A stretch of 64,000 nucleotides of DNA from Candidatus Dojkabacteria bacterium HGW-Dojkabacteria-1 (GCA_002840365.1 PHAO01000001.1:303514-367513); one strand, 5' to 3'; positions 1 through 9,929 are shown, counted from the first letter of the stretch. Notes: a model not told the origin generated them from the sequence alone. A program made the numbers and translations.

Positions 1-588
1 AGGTCATCTGCCTTTGGCGTTATCGTTGTAGACTCTGTTGCTGCTCTTACACCAAGAGCTGAGATTGAAGGAGAGATGGGTGATAGTCATATGGGTTTAC
101 AGGCCAGACTTATGTCTCAGGCATTAAGAAAACTTACTGCAATAACTGGTAAAACAGGAACTACCATCATATTCCTGAATCAGTTACGTATGAAGATTGG
201 TGTAATGTTTGGTAATCCTGAAACTACAACAGGAGGTAATGCATTGAAATTCTATTCCTCTATTAGGATGGATATTAGACAGAGAGATAAAATTATGAAA
301 GATGGTTCTCTAATTGGTCACTCTAGAGTAGTAAAAGTAGTTAAGAACAAAATGGCTCCTCCATTTAAGGAAGCAACCTTCGATATGATATATCCTAAGG
401 GAATAGATAAAGAGAGTAGTATCTTAGACGCTGCAATTCAAATGGATATTGTTCAAAAGAGTGGTGCTTGGTTTAAGCATGGTGATGAACAATTGGCCCA
501 AGGAAAAGATGCTACTGTAGCATTGCTTAAAGAAGATACAAAGTTAAAAGACAGTATTGAAAAAGCTGTACGTGCTAAAATGAAGTAA
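1..588 (+). CDS. recA: Recombinase RecA, C-terminal part (5' end lies outside the window)
   Basis: Frame-1 translation from base 1 reads ...[38 protein letters not shown]..., the RecA core and C-terminal region. The ORF runs off the window start; stop TAA at 586-588. Confidence 0.9.
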   Translation, partial: RSSAFGVIVVDSVAALTPRAEIEGEMGDSHMGLQARLMSQALRKLTAITGKTGTTIIFLNQLRMKIGVMFGNPETTTGGNALKFYSSIRMDIRQRDKIMKDGSLIGHSRVVKVVKNKMAPPFKEATFDMIYPKGIDKESSILDAAIQMDIVQKSGAWFKHGDEQLAQGKDATVALLKEDTKLKDSIEKAVRAKMK

Positions 589-1241
589 TGTTAATTACTA
601 AGCTTGAATATCAAAAAAGGGATCCTAATAGGGTGAATCTTTACCTTGAGGGTAAATTTTTCTGTGGTATTTCTCTTGATACATTAGCTAAAGAAGCTTT
701 GTATGAAGGGTTGAATATAGAAGAAGAGGTATTGGATAGGATTGTGAAGGAAGAGCTTAAAGCTAGATTCCTTTCAAGGGCTTTGGAATATATCTCTAAA
801 AGTCCTAAGACAGAGTTTCAAATAAAGAAATATTTAAAAGAGTTAAAGTTTAAAAAGAAGAATATTTGGTACAAAGAAGGCATAGAGATTGATTGGGAAA
901 GTATGATTGACAGTATTGTTCTGAAATTAAAAGAGCTTAAATATATAGATGATGAGAATTTTGCTCGTATGTTTGTTCAGAGTAGAATGAGAATAAAACC
1001 AAGAGGTAAGAATGTAATGATTTCAGAATTGATTTCTAAAGGGGTAAGCAAAGATACAGCTCAAATGGTTTGTGATGAGGAAGTAGAGGATGAATATGAA
1101 TTGTTAAAGAAAACTTTTAGAAAAAAATACAAAGGTAAGAAATTGGATACAAAGGATAGTAAGATGGTTGGATTTCTTTACAGAAAGGGTTTTTCATGGG
1201 ATTTAATTGAGAAGCTAAGTAACGATGACACTGAAGAGTAA
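588..1241 (+). CDS. recX: Recombination regulator RecX
   Basis: 217-aa basic protein directly after recA, with the ATG overlapping the recA stop (TAATG). Size, position and helical-repeat character fit RecX. Confidence 0.7.
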   Translation: MLITKLEYQKRDPNRVNLYLEGKFFCGISLDTLAKEALYEGLNIEEEVLDRIVKEELKARFLSRALEYISKSPKTEFQIKKYLKELKFKKKNIWYKEGIEIDWESMIDSIVLKLKELKYIDDENFARMFVQSRMRIKPRGKNVMISELISKGVSKDTAQMVCDEEVEDEYELLKKTFRKKYKGKKLDTKDSKMVGFLYRKGFSWDLIEKLSNDDTEE

Positions 1242-2928
1242 AAGTAATTGGATATTGCCTGAAAAGATAGAAATAGACGATTTAATATCCTTTTTACTTA
1301 AAACTAGGAATATTGAAGATGAGGAAAACTTCCTTAATCCTTCATTAGAAAGTATTCCTTTGTTTGAATATCTTCATGATTCTAAATTAGCAGCAAAAGA
1401 GATAGTAGAAGCAGTTAAAGATGGAAAGAAGATTCTCATACATGGTGACTTTGATGCAGATGGTATTTCCTCTGTAAGTATTCTTTGGGAATTTCTTTTT
1501 AAAGAAGTATCAAATTATATTGGTAAGCAAACAGATGTTGTTCCATATATACCAAGTAGGATAGATCAAGGATATGGACTTACTAAGTCTTCACTTGAGG
1601 ATATGGTTAATATGAAAGCTGATATGTTAATAACCGTTGATTGTGGAGTGAGAGATAAGGAATTGATAAAGGAGTACAGAGAAAAACATGGTATTAATTT
1701 TGTAATTACAGATCATCATCAACCCCCTGAAGATATTTTAGATAGTCTCGACTATACTCTTGTTCATCCAATGTATCCTCATTTTGAATATCCAGAGACA
1801 AATGTATGTGGTGCTTTTGTAACTTTTCTCCTAACTCAGGCAATTAGGAAAGAATTAGGAATGGATTCCAAAATTAGTGAAGAAAGTGAGGGTTTAGATT
1901 TAGTTGCATTGGCTACTGTTACAGATATTATGCCTCTTTTAGATTCTAATAGGGCGGTTGTATATTGGGGATTGGAACAGATAAAGAGGGGGAAAAGGTT
2001 AGGTTTAAATGAATTAATAGATATTGCTGGTATAGAGAGAAATGAGATAGATAGCTATCATTTAGGATATATTCTTGGTCCAAGAATAAATGCTGCAGGA
2101 AGAATAGGGTCTCCCTTGGATGCTGTTAAAATGCTTGTTAGTGACAAGGAGAGTGTATGTAAAAATATTGCCAATATTCTTAATGAAACCAACTATCAAA
2201 GACAATATATGACTCAAAGTAGTATAGAGGAGGCTGAGCAAATGATTGGTGATATCGCGGAAAAGAAATTACTCTTTGTTGTAGGAGATGCCTGGCATGA
2301 GGGTATAGTTGGTTTAGTAGCAGGAAAACTTAATGAAAAATATCATAGACCAGTACTCGTAGGTACAAGATCTAAAGAAGGAATACGTGGTTCAGCAAGA
2401 AGTATAGAAGGGTTTGATATAACTAAGGCGTTAACAGAGTGTAGTGAGTATTTAGATAGATATGGTGGTCATGAACAAGCAGCTGGGTTTACGATAAAGA
2501 ATGGAATGGAAAAAGATTTTGCAAAATGTATACATGAGATATCAGATAGGGAAATTACAAAGGAGATGTTAACAAAAGAATTAAAGGTAGATTTACTCCT
2601 TGGAAGTGATGATATTACAAAGGGTTTAGTAGAGAAGTTAGATATGTTTAAACCATATGGAAATGGCAACAGGAAGCCCCTAATAGGTATGACGGATCTA
2701 GTGGTATTTAAAAAACAGCCAATGGGAAAACTTGGAAATCATATGAAGTTAATATGTAAAGGGGAAGGTATAGACTTGATAACCTTTGTAATGTTTAATT
2801 GCGATGAGGATATTGAAGAGATACAGGTCGATAGTGTAATAGATGTTGTAGGAAGTGTAGGCATAAATACATGGAATGGAAATGAGCAGGTACAATTTCT
2901 TGTAAAGGAGTGGAGATTTAAAGTATAA
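1225..2928 (+). CDS. recJ: Single-stranded-DNA-specific exonuclease RecJ (DHH/DHHA1 family)
   Basis: HGDFDADGISS and ITDHHQ (DHH) motifs, a C-terminal GGH motif (DRYGGHEQAAGF), 567 aa. Start overlaps the recX end. Confidence 0.9.
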   Translation: MTLKSKSNWILPEKIEIDDLISFLLKTRNIEDEENFLNPSLESIPLFEYLHDSKLAAKEIVEAVKDGKKILIHGDFDADGISSVSILWEFLFKEVSNYIGKQTDVVPYIPSRIDQGYGLTKSSLEDMVNMKADMLITVDCGVRDKELIKEYREKHGINFVITDHHQPPEDILDSLDYTLVHPMYPHFEYPETNVCGAFVTFLLTQAIRKELGMDSKISEESEGLDLVALATVTDIMPLLDSNRAVVYWGLEQIKRGKRLGLNELIDIAGIERNEIDSYHLGYILGPRINAAGRIGSPLDAVKMLVSDKESVCKNIANILNETNYQRQYMTQSSIEEAEQMIGDIAEKKLLFVVGDAWHEGIVGLVAGKLNEKYHRPVLVGTRSKEGIRGSARSIEGFDITKALTECSEYLDRYGGHEQAAGFTIKNGMEKDFAKCIHEISDREITKEMLTKELKVDLLLGSDDITKGLVEKLDMFKPYGNGNRKPLIGMTDLVVFKKQPMGKLGNHMKLICKGEGIDLITFVMFNCDEDIEEIQVDSVIDVVGSVGINTWNGNEQVQFLVKEWRFKV

Positions 2929-2929
2929 T
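2900..2929 (+). promoter_or_regulatory. Putative sigma-70 promoter for the aspS leader (-35 TTGTAA 2900-2905, 18-bp spacer, -10 TATAAT 2924-2929)
   Basis: Hexamers read directly from the sequence. The -10 box overlaps the recJ stop codon, which would place a transcription start near 2936. Confidence 0.35.
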
Positions 2930-2935
2930 GAGGAT

Positions 2936-3072
2936 GTGACAGTGCAGAAATGATAAAGAGGTCCACAAGACAATTGGGGTGGCACCGCGGTAGGAATATC
3001 GTCCCCTTTCCAGTGAAGATATTGTATCTTTAATGGAGAGGGGATTTTTATTTAACATATATATTTACAAAA
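2936..3072 (+). promoter_or_regulatory. T-box-type leader RNA upstream of aspS, with antiterminator/terminator alternative
   Basis: AATTGGGGTGGCACCGCGG (2973-2990) matches the T-box consensus AANNNGGGTGGNACCGCG, including the UGGN bulge. A downstream hairpin TCCCCTTTCCA/TGGAGAGGGGA (3002-3044) is followed by TTTTTATTT. GAC-A triplets in the short 5' stem region are candidate Asp specifiers. Confidence 0.6.
3002..3053 (+). terminator. Intrinsic terminator of the aspS T-box leader
   Basis: 11-bp stem (one G.U pair) with a structured loop and a U-run, ending 20 nt before the aspS ATG. Confidence 0.55.
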
Positions 3073-4404
3073 ATGGAAAGAATCCATATTAAAGATTTAA
3101 AGGAATATATCGGAAAAGAAGTAAGAATAAGAGGAAGGGTAGATACTATTAGAGATCAGGGAAAAATACTCTTCTTAGTATTAAGAGACAGAACAGGCAA
3201 GGTACAAACAGTTGCATGGCATGGTGATGAGGAGGTATTTAAAAATGCTAAATCACTAACTAATGAATCTGTTGTAGATATCATTGGTGATGTAAAAGAG
3301 GCAAAGCAAGTTGCAACTGGCTACGAAGTAGCGATAAAGAGTTTAAAGGTTGATTCTCTTTCTAATACCCCATTACCAATCGTGATTGAGGAACCACATA
3401 CAAACAATATTTCTGCACTAGACAGAAGATTGGACTATAGATGGATAGATTTGAGGAGTGAAAGAAACTCTCTGATGATGGATGTTGCTACAACAATGGG
3501 ACATGCATTAAGAACATACTGTATAGAAAATGAATTTAAAGAAATACAAGCTCCAAGAATTATTAGTGCAGCAAGTGAATCTGGAGCTAGTGTCTTTGAA
3601 GTTAAATATTTCGACAAAAAGGCATATCTTGCTCAATCACCCCAGTTTCATAAACAGATGGGTATATCTTCTGATTTAGAAAGAGTCTTCAATATGGGTC
3701 CTGTATTTAGGGCAGAGAAGTCATTTACAACTCGTCACTTAACAGAATATACAAGTTTTGATGTTGAGATGGGGTATATAGATTCATACAAAGATGTTTG
3801 TCATTTTGAACAGGAGATGCTTAAGTATATGCTTAAGCAAGTAAAAGAGAAACATGGAGAAGAAATTAAAAGAGTTTTTGGTACAGAGGTAAAAGTACCC
3901 GAAGGAGATTTCCCATTCCTTTCTGTAGAAGAAGCAAAAAAGAAATTAGCGAAAGCAGGTGTCCCAAGTAAGGATACCGGTGACTTTTCACCTGAAGAGG
4001 AAAAAGCAATAGGGCAGATAATGGAGGAAGAAACAGGTAGTGAATTTATCTTTATGGTTGATTACCCTCATGCAAGAAGAGCCTTCTATCACATGAAAAA
4101 TGAGGAGAATCCCTCTATTGCATTAGGATTTGACCTTTTTTGGAAAGGATTAGAGATTACTACTGGAGCACAAAGAGAGCATAGGGTAGAGAATCTTAAA
4201 GAGAATGCTAAAGAAAGGGGTATGGGTGAAGAATCTCTTTCTGAGTATTTTGACTACTTTAAATATGGTTGTCCTCCACATGGTGGATTTGCAATAGGTA
4301 CTGAAAGACTCCTTATGAAGATGTTAGGCTTTGGAAGTATTCTAGAAACAACATATCTTCCAAATACACCTAATAGATTAGGAAAATTAATTGCAAGAAA
4401 GTAA
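3073..4404 (+). CDS. aspS: Aspartyl-tRNA synthetase, archaeal/eukaryotic type (class IIb; probably non-discriminating). AsnRS cannot be fully excluded.
   Basis: 443 aa with an N-terminal OB fold, class II motif 2 FRAEKSFTTRHLTEYTSFDVEM and motif 3 GGFAIGTERLLM. Length and architecture fit archaeal-type AspRS rather than the ~590-aa bacterial type. Confidence 0.75.
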   Translation: MERIHIKDLKEYIGKEVRIRGRVDTIRDQGKILFLVLRDRTGKVQTVAWHGDEEVFKNAKSLTNESVVDIIGDVKEAKQVATGYEVAIKSLKVDSLSNTPLPIVIEEPHTNNISALDRRLDYRWIDLRSERNSLMMDVATTMGHALRTYCIENEFKEIQAPRIISAASESGASVFEVKYFDKKAYLAQSPQFHKQMGISSDLERVFNMGPVFRAEKSFTTRHLTEYTSFDVEMGYIDSYKDVCHFEQEMLKYMLKQVKEKHGEEIKRVFGTEVKVPEGDFPFLSVEEAKKKLAKAGVPSKDTGDFSPEEEKAIGQIMEEETGSEFIFMVDYPHARRAFYHMKNEENPSIALGFDLFWKGLEITTGAQREHRVENLKENAKERGMGEESLSEYFDYFKYGCPPHGGFAIGTERLLMKMLGFGSILETTYLPNTPNRLGKLIARK

Positions 4405-4459
4405 CCAAAATATATTAGATATATGTTAATATCAGGGAGTAATATTTCCTGATATATGT

Positions 4460-5530
4460 ATGTCTAATACGTTACTTACAGTAAACAGAGAAAAGGTTCT
4501 TCCTGATGAGAGATATGATGAAAAGCTTTTTAAACAGGCTTACAAAGCTGGTTTAGAAGCTAAAGAATTAGAGAAAAAGAATTCTAAAAAGAAAAAACTT
4601 TTTAAAATATCTGTAATACTCTTTTCTTTCTTGCTTGTATTGGGAATAGTATCGAGTTTTTTTCTTTTTAAAAAGGAAAAACTTGAATATATTGAAGCCC
4701 AAGAGGAAAACAAACAGGTATCTTTTTATGAAATTCAAGATGATATTGAAATCTTACCTCTTACACTCAATATCTCAGCAAACAATATATCCGCTCAAAG
4801 TGCATTAGTATTTGATAGTAGAAATGGTTCCTTTATATTTGAAAAAAATATTGATGAGAGAAGACCTATTGCTAGTATCACTAAGCTTCTTTCTGTAATA
4901 GTTGCGCTAGAAACATTTAAACTAGATGATACCGTTGAAGTTAGTTTAGAGAATATCCCTGAAAATTTAGATTGGAAGTTAGAATTGCAAGAGGGAGATA
5001 TCATAAAGGTTGATGCTCTTTTGAAATCTATGCTTTTAAGTTCTTTTAATGATACTGCGTATATATTAGCCAATGCATATCCAAATGGAGGATACAGTGG
5101 ATTTGTAAAGGCTATGAATAACAAAGCAAAGGTATTAAGAATGGAAGACAGTATGTTTAGTAATCCCGCAGGTTTAGATAATGAGAAGAACTATTCTACA
5201 GCAAGAGATGTTGGTAAATTAGTTGCAGCTACTCTTAACTACGAGTATATCCTTGATATTACAAGCAAAGCATCAGCTAATATCTCTTGGAATTCAGGTG
5301 ATGAATTAAAGAGTAAAATCATATACACAACTAATCAATTGTATGGTGTTAATCCATATTCAAAAGGGTTGAAGACTGGTATTACCAAAGATGCAAAACA
5401 GTGTTTTGTAGGGTATTTTGTATACCCAAGTAAGGGTGAAATAATTACAGTAGTGTTAGGATCTGAAGATAGGTTTACTGATACACAAAATCTTGAAAGA
5501 TTAAGCAGGCAGGTATTAGAAAGAAAGTAA
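4460..5530 (+). CDS. D-alanyl-D-alanine carboxypeptidase (S11, PBP5/6-like) with N-terminal TM anchor
   Basis: SxxK (SITK), SxN (SFN) and KTG (KTGITK) motifs in canonical order; N-terminal hydrophobic segment. Confidence 0.75.
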   Translation: MSNTLLTVNREKVLPDERYDEKLFKQAYKAGLEAKELEKKNSKKKKLFKISVILFSFLLVLGIVSSFFLFKKEKLEYIEAQEENKQVSFYEIQDDIEILPLTLNISANNISAQSALVFDSRNGSFIFEKNIDERRPIASITKLLSVIVALETFKLDDTVEVSLENIPENLDWKLELQEGDIIKVDALLKSMLLSSFNDTAYILANAYPNGGYSGFVKAMNNKAKVLRMEDSMFSNPAGLDNEKNYSTARDVGKLVAATLNYEYILDITSKASANISWNSGDELKSKIIYTTNQLYGVNPYSKGLKTGITKDAKQCFVGYFVYPSKGEIITVVLGSEDRFTDTQNLERLSRQVLERK

Positions 5531-6823
5531 CCCTTTCTCCTTAACTGGTGCAGGAGGAAGCTCTATTTTGTCTTGTACAATTCCGTAATTGATAGCAGGA
5601 TAATATATGAAGAAATCCGCTCTTTCACCACCTTTCAATTCAGCTTGTCCTTCTACCATGTAAACAGGTTGTAAATATTGCTGCTCTGCTGTTCCTTCAA
5701 AGTAGGTAATATATATATTGTCTACTCTAAATTTGTTTACACTAACTGGAGTATAATCTCTTACTTCATCTCCAGAGCTATTAAGATATACAATACTTCC
5801 TTCTCCTTCTTGTATTTTCTGTAGTGCGAGTGATGGAGAAATTAACTCATATGTACCACAACTTTCACTCTCAATACTCCATGTATTGTATTCAATTTGA
5901 TATATATTGGGGAGAATTTTTGTAGAATCGTCTTTTGGTCCAATATATACTGATATATTTGTTTTAACTGGATACTGGTATGTAAGAAGAGTACTGAAAT
6001 TATATACTTCTACCCTTTGATCATTCACTATACTACTACCCAGTTCATATGAAAGATTCTTTCTTGTTAGACTGTCTACCATTAATTGAGCACCTTCAAG
6101 ATTTGTAGCAATTGAAATCATAGGGACTTTTCTTAAGAAATCTACCCTAATTAATTCTGCAGTTATTAAAGATTCTGCTTGAGAGAATGAACCATCTGGG
6201 TTTATATCGATAAGGTGAATAGTTGGTTGTACCTCTGTATATGCCTGATCTAATATCCCTAAACTTCTCAATGCATTAGTAGCAATTGATGGTGCCTCTC
6301 TCTCTGTTGGCAAATCTATATCTCTTCTTAATCTCCTTATCTTTTCAAAATCAGTTTTCATTGTGAAGTTTAAATCTCTTGCTCTTACTATTAAACTTCT
6401 CTGAGTACTATTATCTGCCCATACATATGCTGTAGTTCCCTGCCTTACAAATCTTTCTGGGTCAAACCCTAATTTTTTAGATAGGATTTTAGCTTCTCCT
6501 TGAGAGTTAATAATTTGCCCCAGATTGGTATATCTATATACATTAACAATATTAGGTAGACTATCTACCTTACCTGTATCGGTTTGTAATTCAAATATCA
6601 TTTCTGAATCAGGATTAATTTGTAATCCTGGTATTTCTAGTTTGTGTTTAAGGAAATCGTCTTTCTTTTCCGTACAAGCAAAGTTTGCTGTTAAGTACTC
6701 TGGTGGGAGTGTTGTTTCTCTAGAAGTAAAGAGTAACATTAATACTAAGATGAAAATGAATCCTGCTACAAGTGCTATTACTCCAAATCTTTTAGTCCAG
6801 AATGCTGCTTCAGTTAATGTCAT
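5516..6823 (-). CDS. Hypothetical membrane-anchored extracytoplasmic protein
   Basis: 435-aa ORF with an N-terminal TM helix (VIALVAGFIFILVLMLLF). No motif I recognise. Confidence 0.4.
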   Translation of the reverse strand: MTLTEAAFWTKRFGVIALVAGFIFILVLMLLFTSRETTLPPEYLTANFACTEKKDDFLKHKLEIPGLQINPDSEMIFELQTDTGKVDSLPNIVNVYRYTNLGQIINSQGEAKILSKKLGFDPERFVRQGTTAYVWADNSTQRSLIVRARDLNFTMKTDFEKIRRLRRDIDLPTEREAPSIATNALRSLGILDQAYTEVQPTIHLIDINPDGSFSQAESLITAELIRVDFLRKVPMISIATNLEGAQLMVDSLTRKNLSYELGSSIVNDQRVEVYNFSTLLTYQYPVKTNISVYIGPKDDSTKILPNIYQIEYNTWSIESESCGTYELISPSLALQKIQEGEGSIVYLNSSGDEVRDYTPVSVNKFRVDNIYITYFEGTAEQQYLQPVYMVEGQAELKGGERADFFIYYPAINYGIVQDKIELPPAPVKEKGLLSF

Positions 6824-6831
6824 GGTATAAT
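6823..6831 (+). promoter_or_regulatory. Extended -10 promoter element TGGTATAAT upstream of gltX
   Basis: TGnTATAAT read directly, 54 nt upstream of the gltX ATG, in the divergent intergenic region. Confidence 0.35.
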
Positions 6832-6884
6832 CATAACAGTGTATATATGTTATATCAACCTAATTTTATACTACTTTCTTTAGA

Positions 6885-8546
6885 ATGAGAACAGAGCAGG
6901 AGAATATTCAAATAGCACAATTACTTTTTCCAGAAGTAAAAGAATCAGTAGAAGATATTTTTAAAAGATACCCAAAAAGAAACTTAAATGAAGAGCAGTT
7001 AGTTCTAAGATTTGCACCTAGTCCAACAGGCTTTCTTCATATTGGGAATGTATATACTAGTTTAGTAGGATACCTTCTTTCAAAGAGAAGTAATGGTATG
7101 TTCTTACTTAGGATTGAGGATACAGATAAAGAAAGAGAGGTTGAGAATGGTATATCAGCAATAGTTAATGGTTTAAAAGGTTTTGGTATTCATTTTGATG
7201 AGGGAATGAAAAACGAACTGGAAAGCGAAGGTGAGTATGGACCATATATTCAAAGTCAAAGGATTGATATTTACAAGGTTTTTGCTAGAGATTTAGTTTC
7301 TAAAGGAAAAGCATACCTTTGTTTTGCAACACCTGAAGAATTAGAAGAGATACGAGAAAAACAAACTTCTATGAAGGTAAGAACTGGTTACTATGGTGAA
7401 TTTGCAAAATGGAGGAATGCTTCATTTGATGAAGTGATGAAGAATCTTAATTCTGGTAAACCTTTTGTAATACGATTGTATTCAAATGGAAATATTGAAA
7501 ACAAGATAAATAGTGTTGATTTGATTAAGGGTGGTGTTACTGTTTCTGAAAATGATATGGATGCTGTCCTTCTTAAGTCTGATGGATTACCAACATATCA
7601 TTTTGCTCATCCTATTGATGATACTTTGATGGGTATATCTTTTGTGACAAGAGGAGAGGAATGGTTTGCTTCTCAATCATTACATATGGAGATATTTAAG
7701 GTATTATATTTTAAACAGTTACAATATGCTCATATTTCACCTCTAATGAAAATGGATGAAGGAGGAAAGAGAAAGCTAAGTAAGAGAAAAGATCCTGAGG
7801 CTGCTGTTTCCTTCTATTTAGAAAATGGTTTCCCAATCGAAGGTGTAAAGGAATATCTTCTTAATATTGCAAATTCTAATTTCTCTGATTGGAGAATACA
7901 AAATCCTGAAAAAGGTATTGTAGAGTTTGATCTCAAATTAGAGAAGTTTAACAAGGCAGGTGCACTTTTTGATATTACAAAGTTAAATGATGTATGTAAG
8001 GAATATATTTCAAGATTAAGTGCTAAACAAGTGTATGAATATGCTCTTGAATGGGCAAGGGAATATGACTCTAGACTCTTTGAGAAGCTTACTAATCACA
8101 AGGATTACAGTATTGAAATTCTAAATATTGAGAGAGAAGGAGAAAAGATACGTAAGGATATTGTTAAATGGTCTGATGTACCATATCAAATGGAATTGTT
8201 TTTTGATGATATGTACAAAGATATGAAGAAAGAGTCTCTAGATATGAGCCTTGATTTACAAAAAGATATTTTAAATGAATACCTTGATACCTTCTATATG
8301 GGAGATTCTGCTCCAGAGTGGTTTGGGAAGATTAAGGAGATTGGAATTAAGAATGGTTTTTGTGCTGATTACAAAGAGTATGAGAAGAGTCCTAAAAAGT
8401 ATAAAGGTAAGATTGGAGATGTCGCCATGGTAATTAGGGTTGCAATAACCGGAAGAAAACAGACTCCTGATTTGTATCAAGTGATACAAGTGATGGGTGA
8501 GAACAGGATTCGTGAAAGGATAAAGGAGTATATTAATTCTCTTTAG
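6885..8546 (+). CDS. gltX: Glutamyl-tRNA synthetase (class I; likely non-discriminating GluRS)
   Basis: HIGH motif (FLHIGNVYT), KMSKS-type motif (KLSKRK), 553 aa with an anticodon-binding C-terminus. tRNA-Gln lies immediately downstream and no GlnRS is present in the window. Confidence 0.85.
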   Translation: MRTEQENIQIAQLLFPEVKESVEDIFKRYPKRNLNEEQLVLRFAPSPTGFLHIGNVYTSLVGYLLSKRSNGMFLLRIEDTDKEREVENGISAIVNGLKGFGIHFDEGMKNELESEGEYGPYIQSQRIDIYKVFARDLVSKGKAYLCFATPEELEEIREKQTSMKVRTGYYGEFAKWRNASFDEVMKNLNSGKPFVIRLYSNGNIENKINSVDLIKGGVTVSENDMDAVLLKSDGLPTYHFAHPIDDTLMGISFVTRGEEWFASQSLHMEIFKVLYFKQLQYAHISPLMKMDEGGKRKLSKRKDPEAAVSFYLENGFPIEGVKEYLLNIANSNFSDWRIQNPEKGIVEFDLKLEKFNKAGALFDITKLNDVCKEYISRLSAKQVYEYALEWAREYDSRLFEKLTNHKDYSIEILNIEREGEKIRKDIVKWSDVPYQMELFFDDMYKDMKKESLDMSLDLQKDILNEYLDTFYMGDSAPEWFGKIKEIGIKNGFCADYKEYEKSPKKYKGKIGDVAMVIRVAITGRKQTPDLYQVIQVMGENRIRERIKEYINSL

Positions 8547-8570
8547 GAATATAGTATAATTGCTTGTTTC

Positions 8571-8641
8571 TGCCGGATCGTCTAATGGTAGGACGACGGT
8601 CTCTGGAACCGTTAATCCTAGTTCGAATCTAGGTCCGGCAA
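8571..8641 (+). tRNA. tRNA-Gln (anticodon CTG)
   Basis: Hand-folded cloverleaf: acceptor TGCCGGA/TCCGGCA, anticodon stem ACGGT/ACCGT with loop CTCTGGA, T arm CCTAG-TTCGAAT-CTAGG. CCA is not encoded. Confidence 0.8.
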
Positions 8642-8642
8642 G

Positions 8643-8915
8643 TTACTCTCTAAATGAGGACATTAATTCCATTACCTTCTTTACTGCGTATGCTAATTGA
8701 GGATTCTCTGTTTCATCAACAAATCCTATCTCATCTAGAATAGTTTCAACTTCTTCCTCAGAGAGGAGTACTTTACAATCCTCCATATGATCAGGATTTT
8801 CTATCAAACAGGAAAGTTTGTTAAAAAGAGGAGTACCTTGATATTTATTTAAATCGACATTACCTAAAAGAGCTCTTGTTTCCTCATTTGTTAAATACAA
8901 CATACCTCTGTGCAT
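8643..8915 (-). CDS. Hypothetical acidic protein (90 aa)
   Basis: ORF only; no recognisable motif. Confidence 0.3.
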   Translation of the reverse strand: MHRGMLYLTNEETRALLGNVDLNKYQGTPLFNKLSCLIENPDHMEDCKVLLSEEEVETILDEIGFVDETENPQLAYAVKKVMELMSSFRE

Positions 8916-9099
8916 TTTCTTTATGATTCATATTTTAAAGTACCCTTCTTATAAAAGACTAGTAAAAGAAGGGAAATGGAGAGCATCTCTGAGAATTCTT
9001 CTAATGAAAGCCAAAGTATATTTTCAAAAGGAGCGAATCCTCTAGATGTATTATACAACTCAATGAAGGGAACACTAAAGAGTATTACAAATGCTATTA

Positions 9100-9594
9100 C
9101 TAGTACAGGATTTTTTTCTTAGAGAGTCTATTGTAAATAGTCTTTAAGAATATTAAGGACATAAGTCCAAAGAAAAGAATCGCGGGTGAGTAGAGTAATA
9201 CCCAATCTGCAGAATTGTATCCTAGCGATCTTGCAAAGGAATATATATCATTTATAAAGGGTAGTATTTGAGCTAATTGGGGTTTTAAATTCTCATGTAT
9301 TTGTCCAATTTCATCTAATGCAAGAAAGAAAAATGCTACAGGAAATGTGTATAGTGCTAGTTTCGTAATCTTGTTTGTTTTTTCCTTTATATTTTCTTTT
9401 GCGAATATGTAAAGGAAGAATGAAAGAGCGAGTAACTTAATAGTTTGGTATACAGTTGGAATATTGTTTTCTGTGTCTAAGTTGAAGAATTTAATAGTTC
9501 CTCTAGTAGAAATATATATTACAGTTAGCAAAATATCTATTCCAATTAAAAGTAGGGGAAGTTTATACTTCTTGAAAAACTCTTTATTAAGCAT
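9100..9594 (-). CDS. Hypothetical multipass membrane protein (164 aa)
   Basis: Several hydrophobic helices; no motif. Confidence 0.35.
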   Translation of the reverse strand: MLNKEFFKKYKLPLLLIGIDILLTVIYISTRGTIKFFNLDTENNIPTVYQTIKLLALSFFLYIFAKENIKEKTNKITKLALYTFPVAFFFLALDEIGQIHENLKPQLAQILPFINDIYSFARSLGYNSADWVLLYSPAILFFGLMSLIFLKTIYNRLSKKKILY

Positions 9595-9656
9595 TGAATT
9601 TCTTATTTATCTAAACTAGCTTCCTATTTATATTAGTTCTTTACTGTTTTTGCAAG

Positions 9657-9929
9657 TTATCTATTTAAGAGTTTTGTTACGGTTAGTATTTCTTCAATCA
9701 TTTTTTGTTTTTTGTTTTCATCTTCAGAGTCTATAGCCATAGAGAAACAATGATGTAAATGATTTTCCATTAAGGTCTGATTTGAAGATTTGAGTAATCC
9801 GATTGCTGCAAGATTTTGTTGCATAATGTCTATACAGTATTCATCCTTTTCAACCATATCAATAATTTTTTCTATTAGACTTTTTGCTTTCTTTAATCCG
9901 ATTAATGATTTTTGTTTGTTGTTTTTCAT
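9657..9929 (-). CDS. csoR: CsoR/RcnR-family metal-sensing transcriptional repressor (probable copper sensor)
   Basis: 90 aa; DEYCIDIMQQ...HLHHCF resembles the CsoR fold with Cys/His/Cys ligands. Last gene of the copA operon. Confidence 0.65.
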   Translation of the reverse strand: MKNNKQKSLIGLKKAKSLIEKIIDMVEKDEYCIDIMQQNLAAIGLLKSSNQTLMENHLHHCFSMAIDSEDENKKQKMIEEILTVTKLLNR

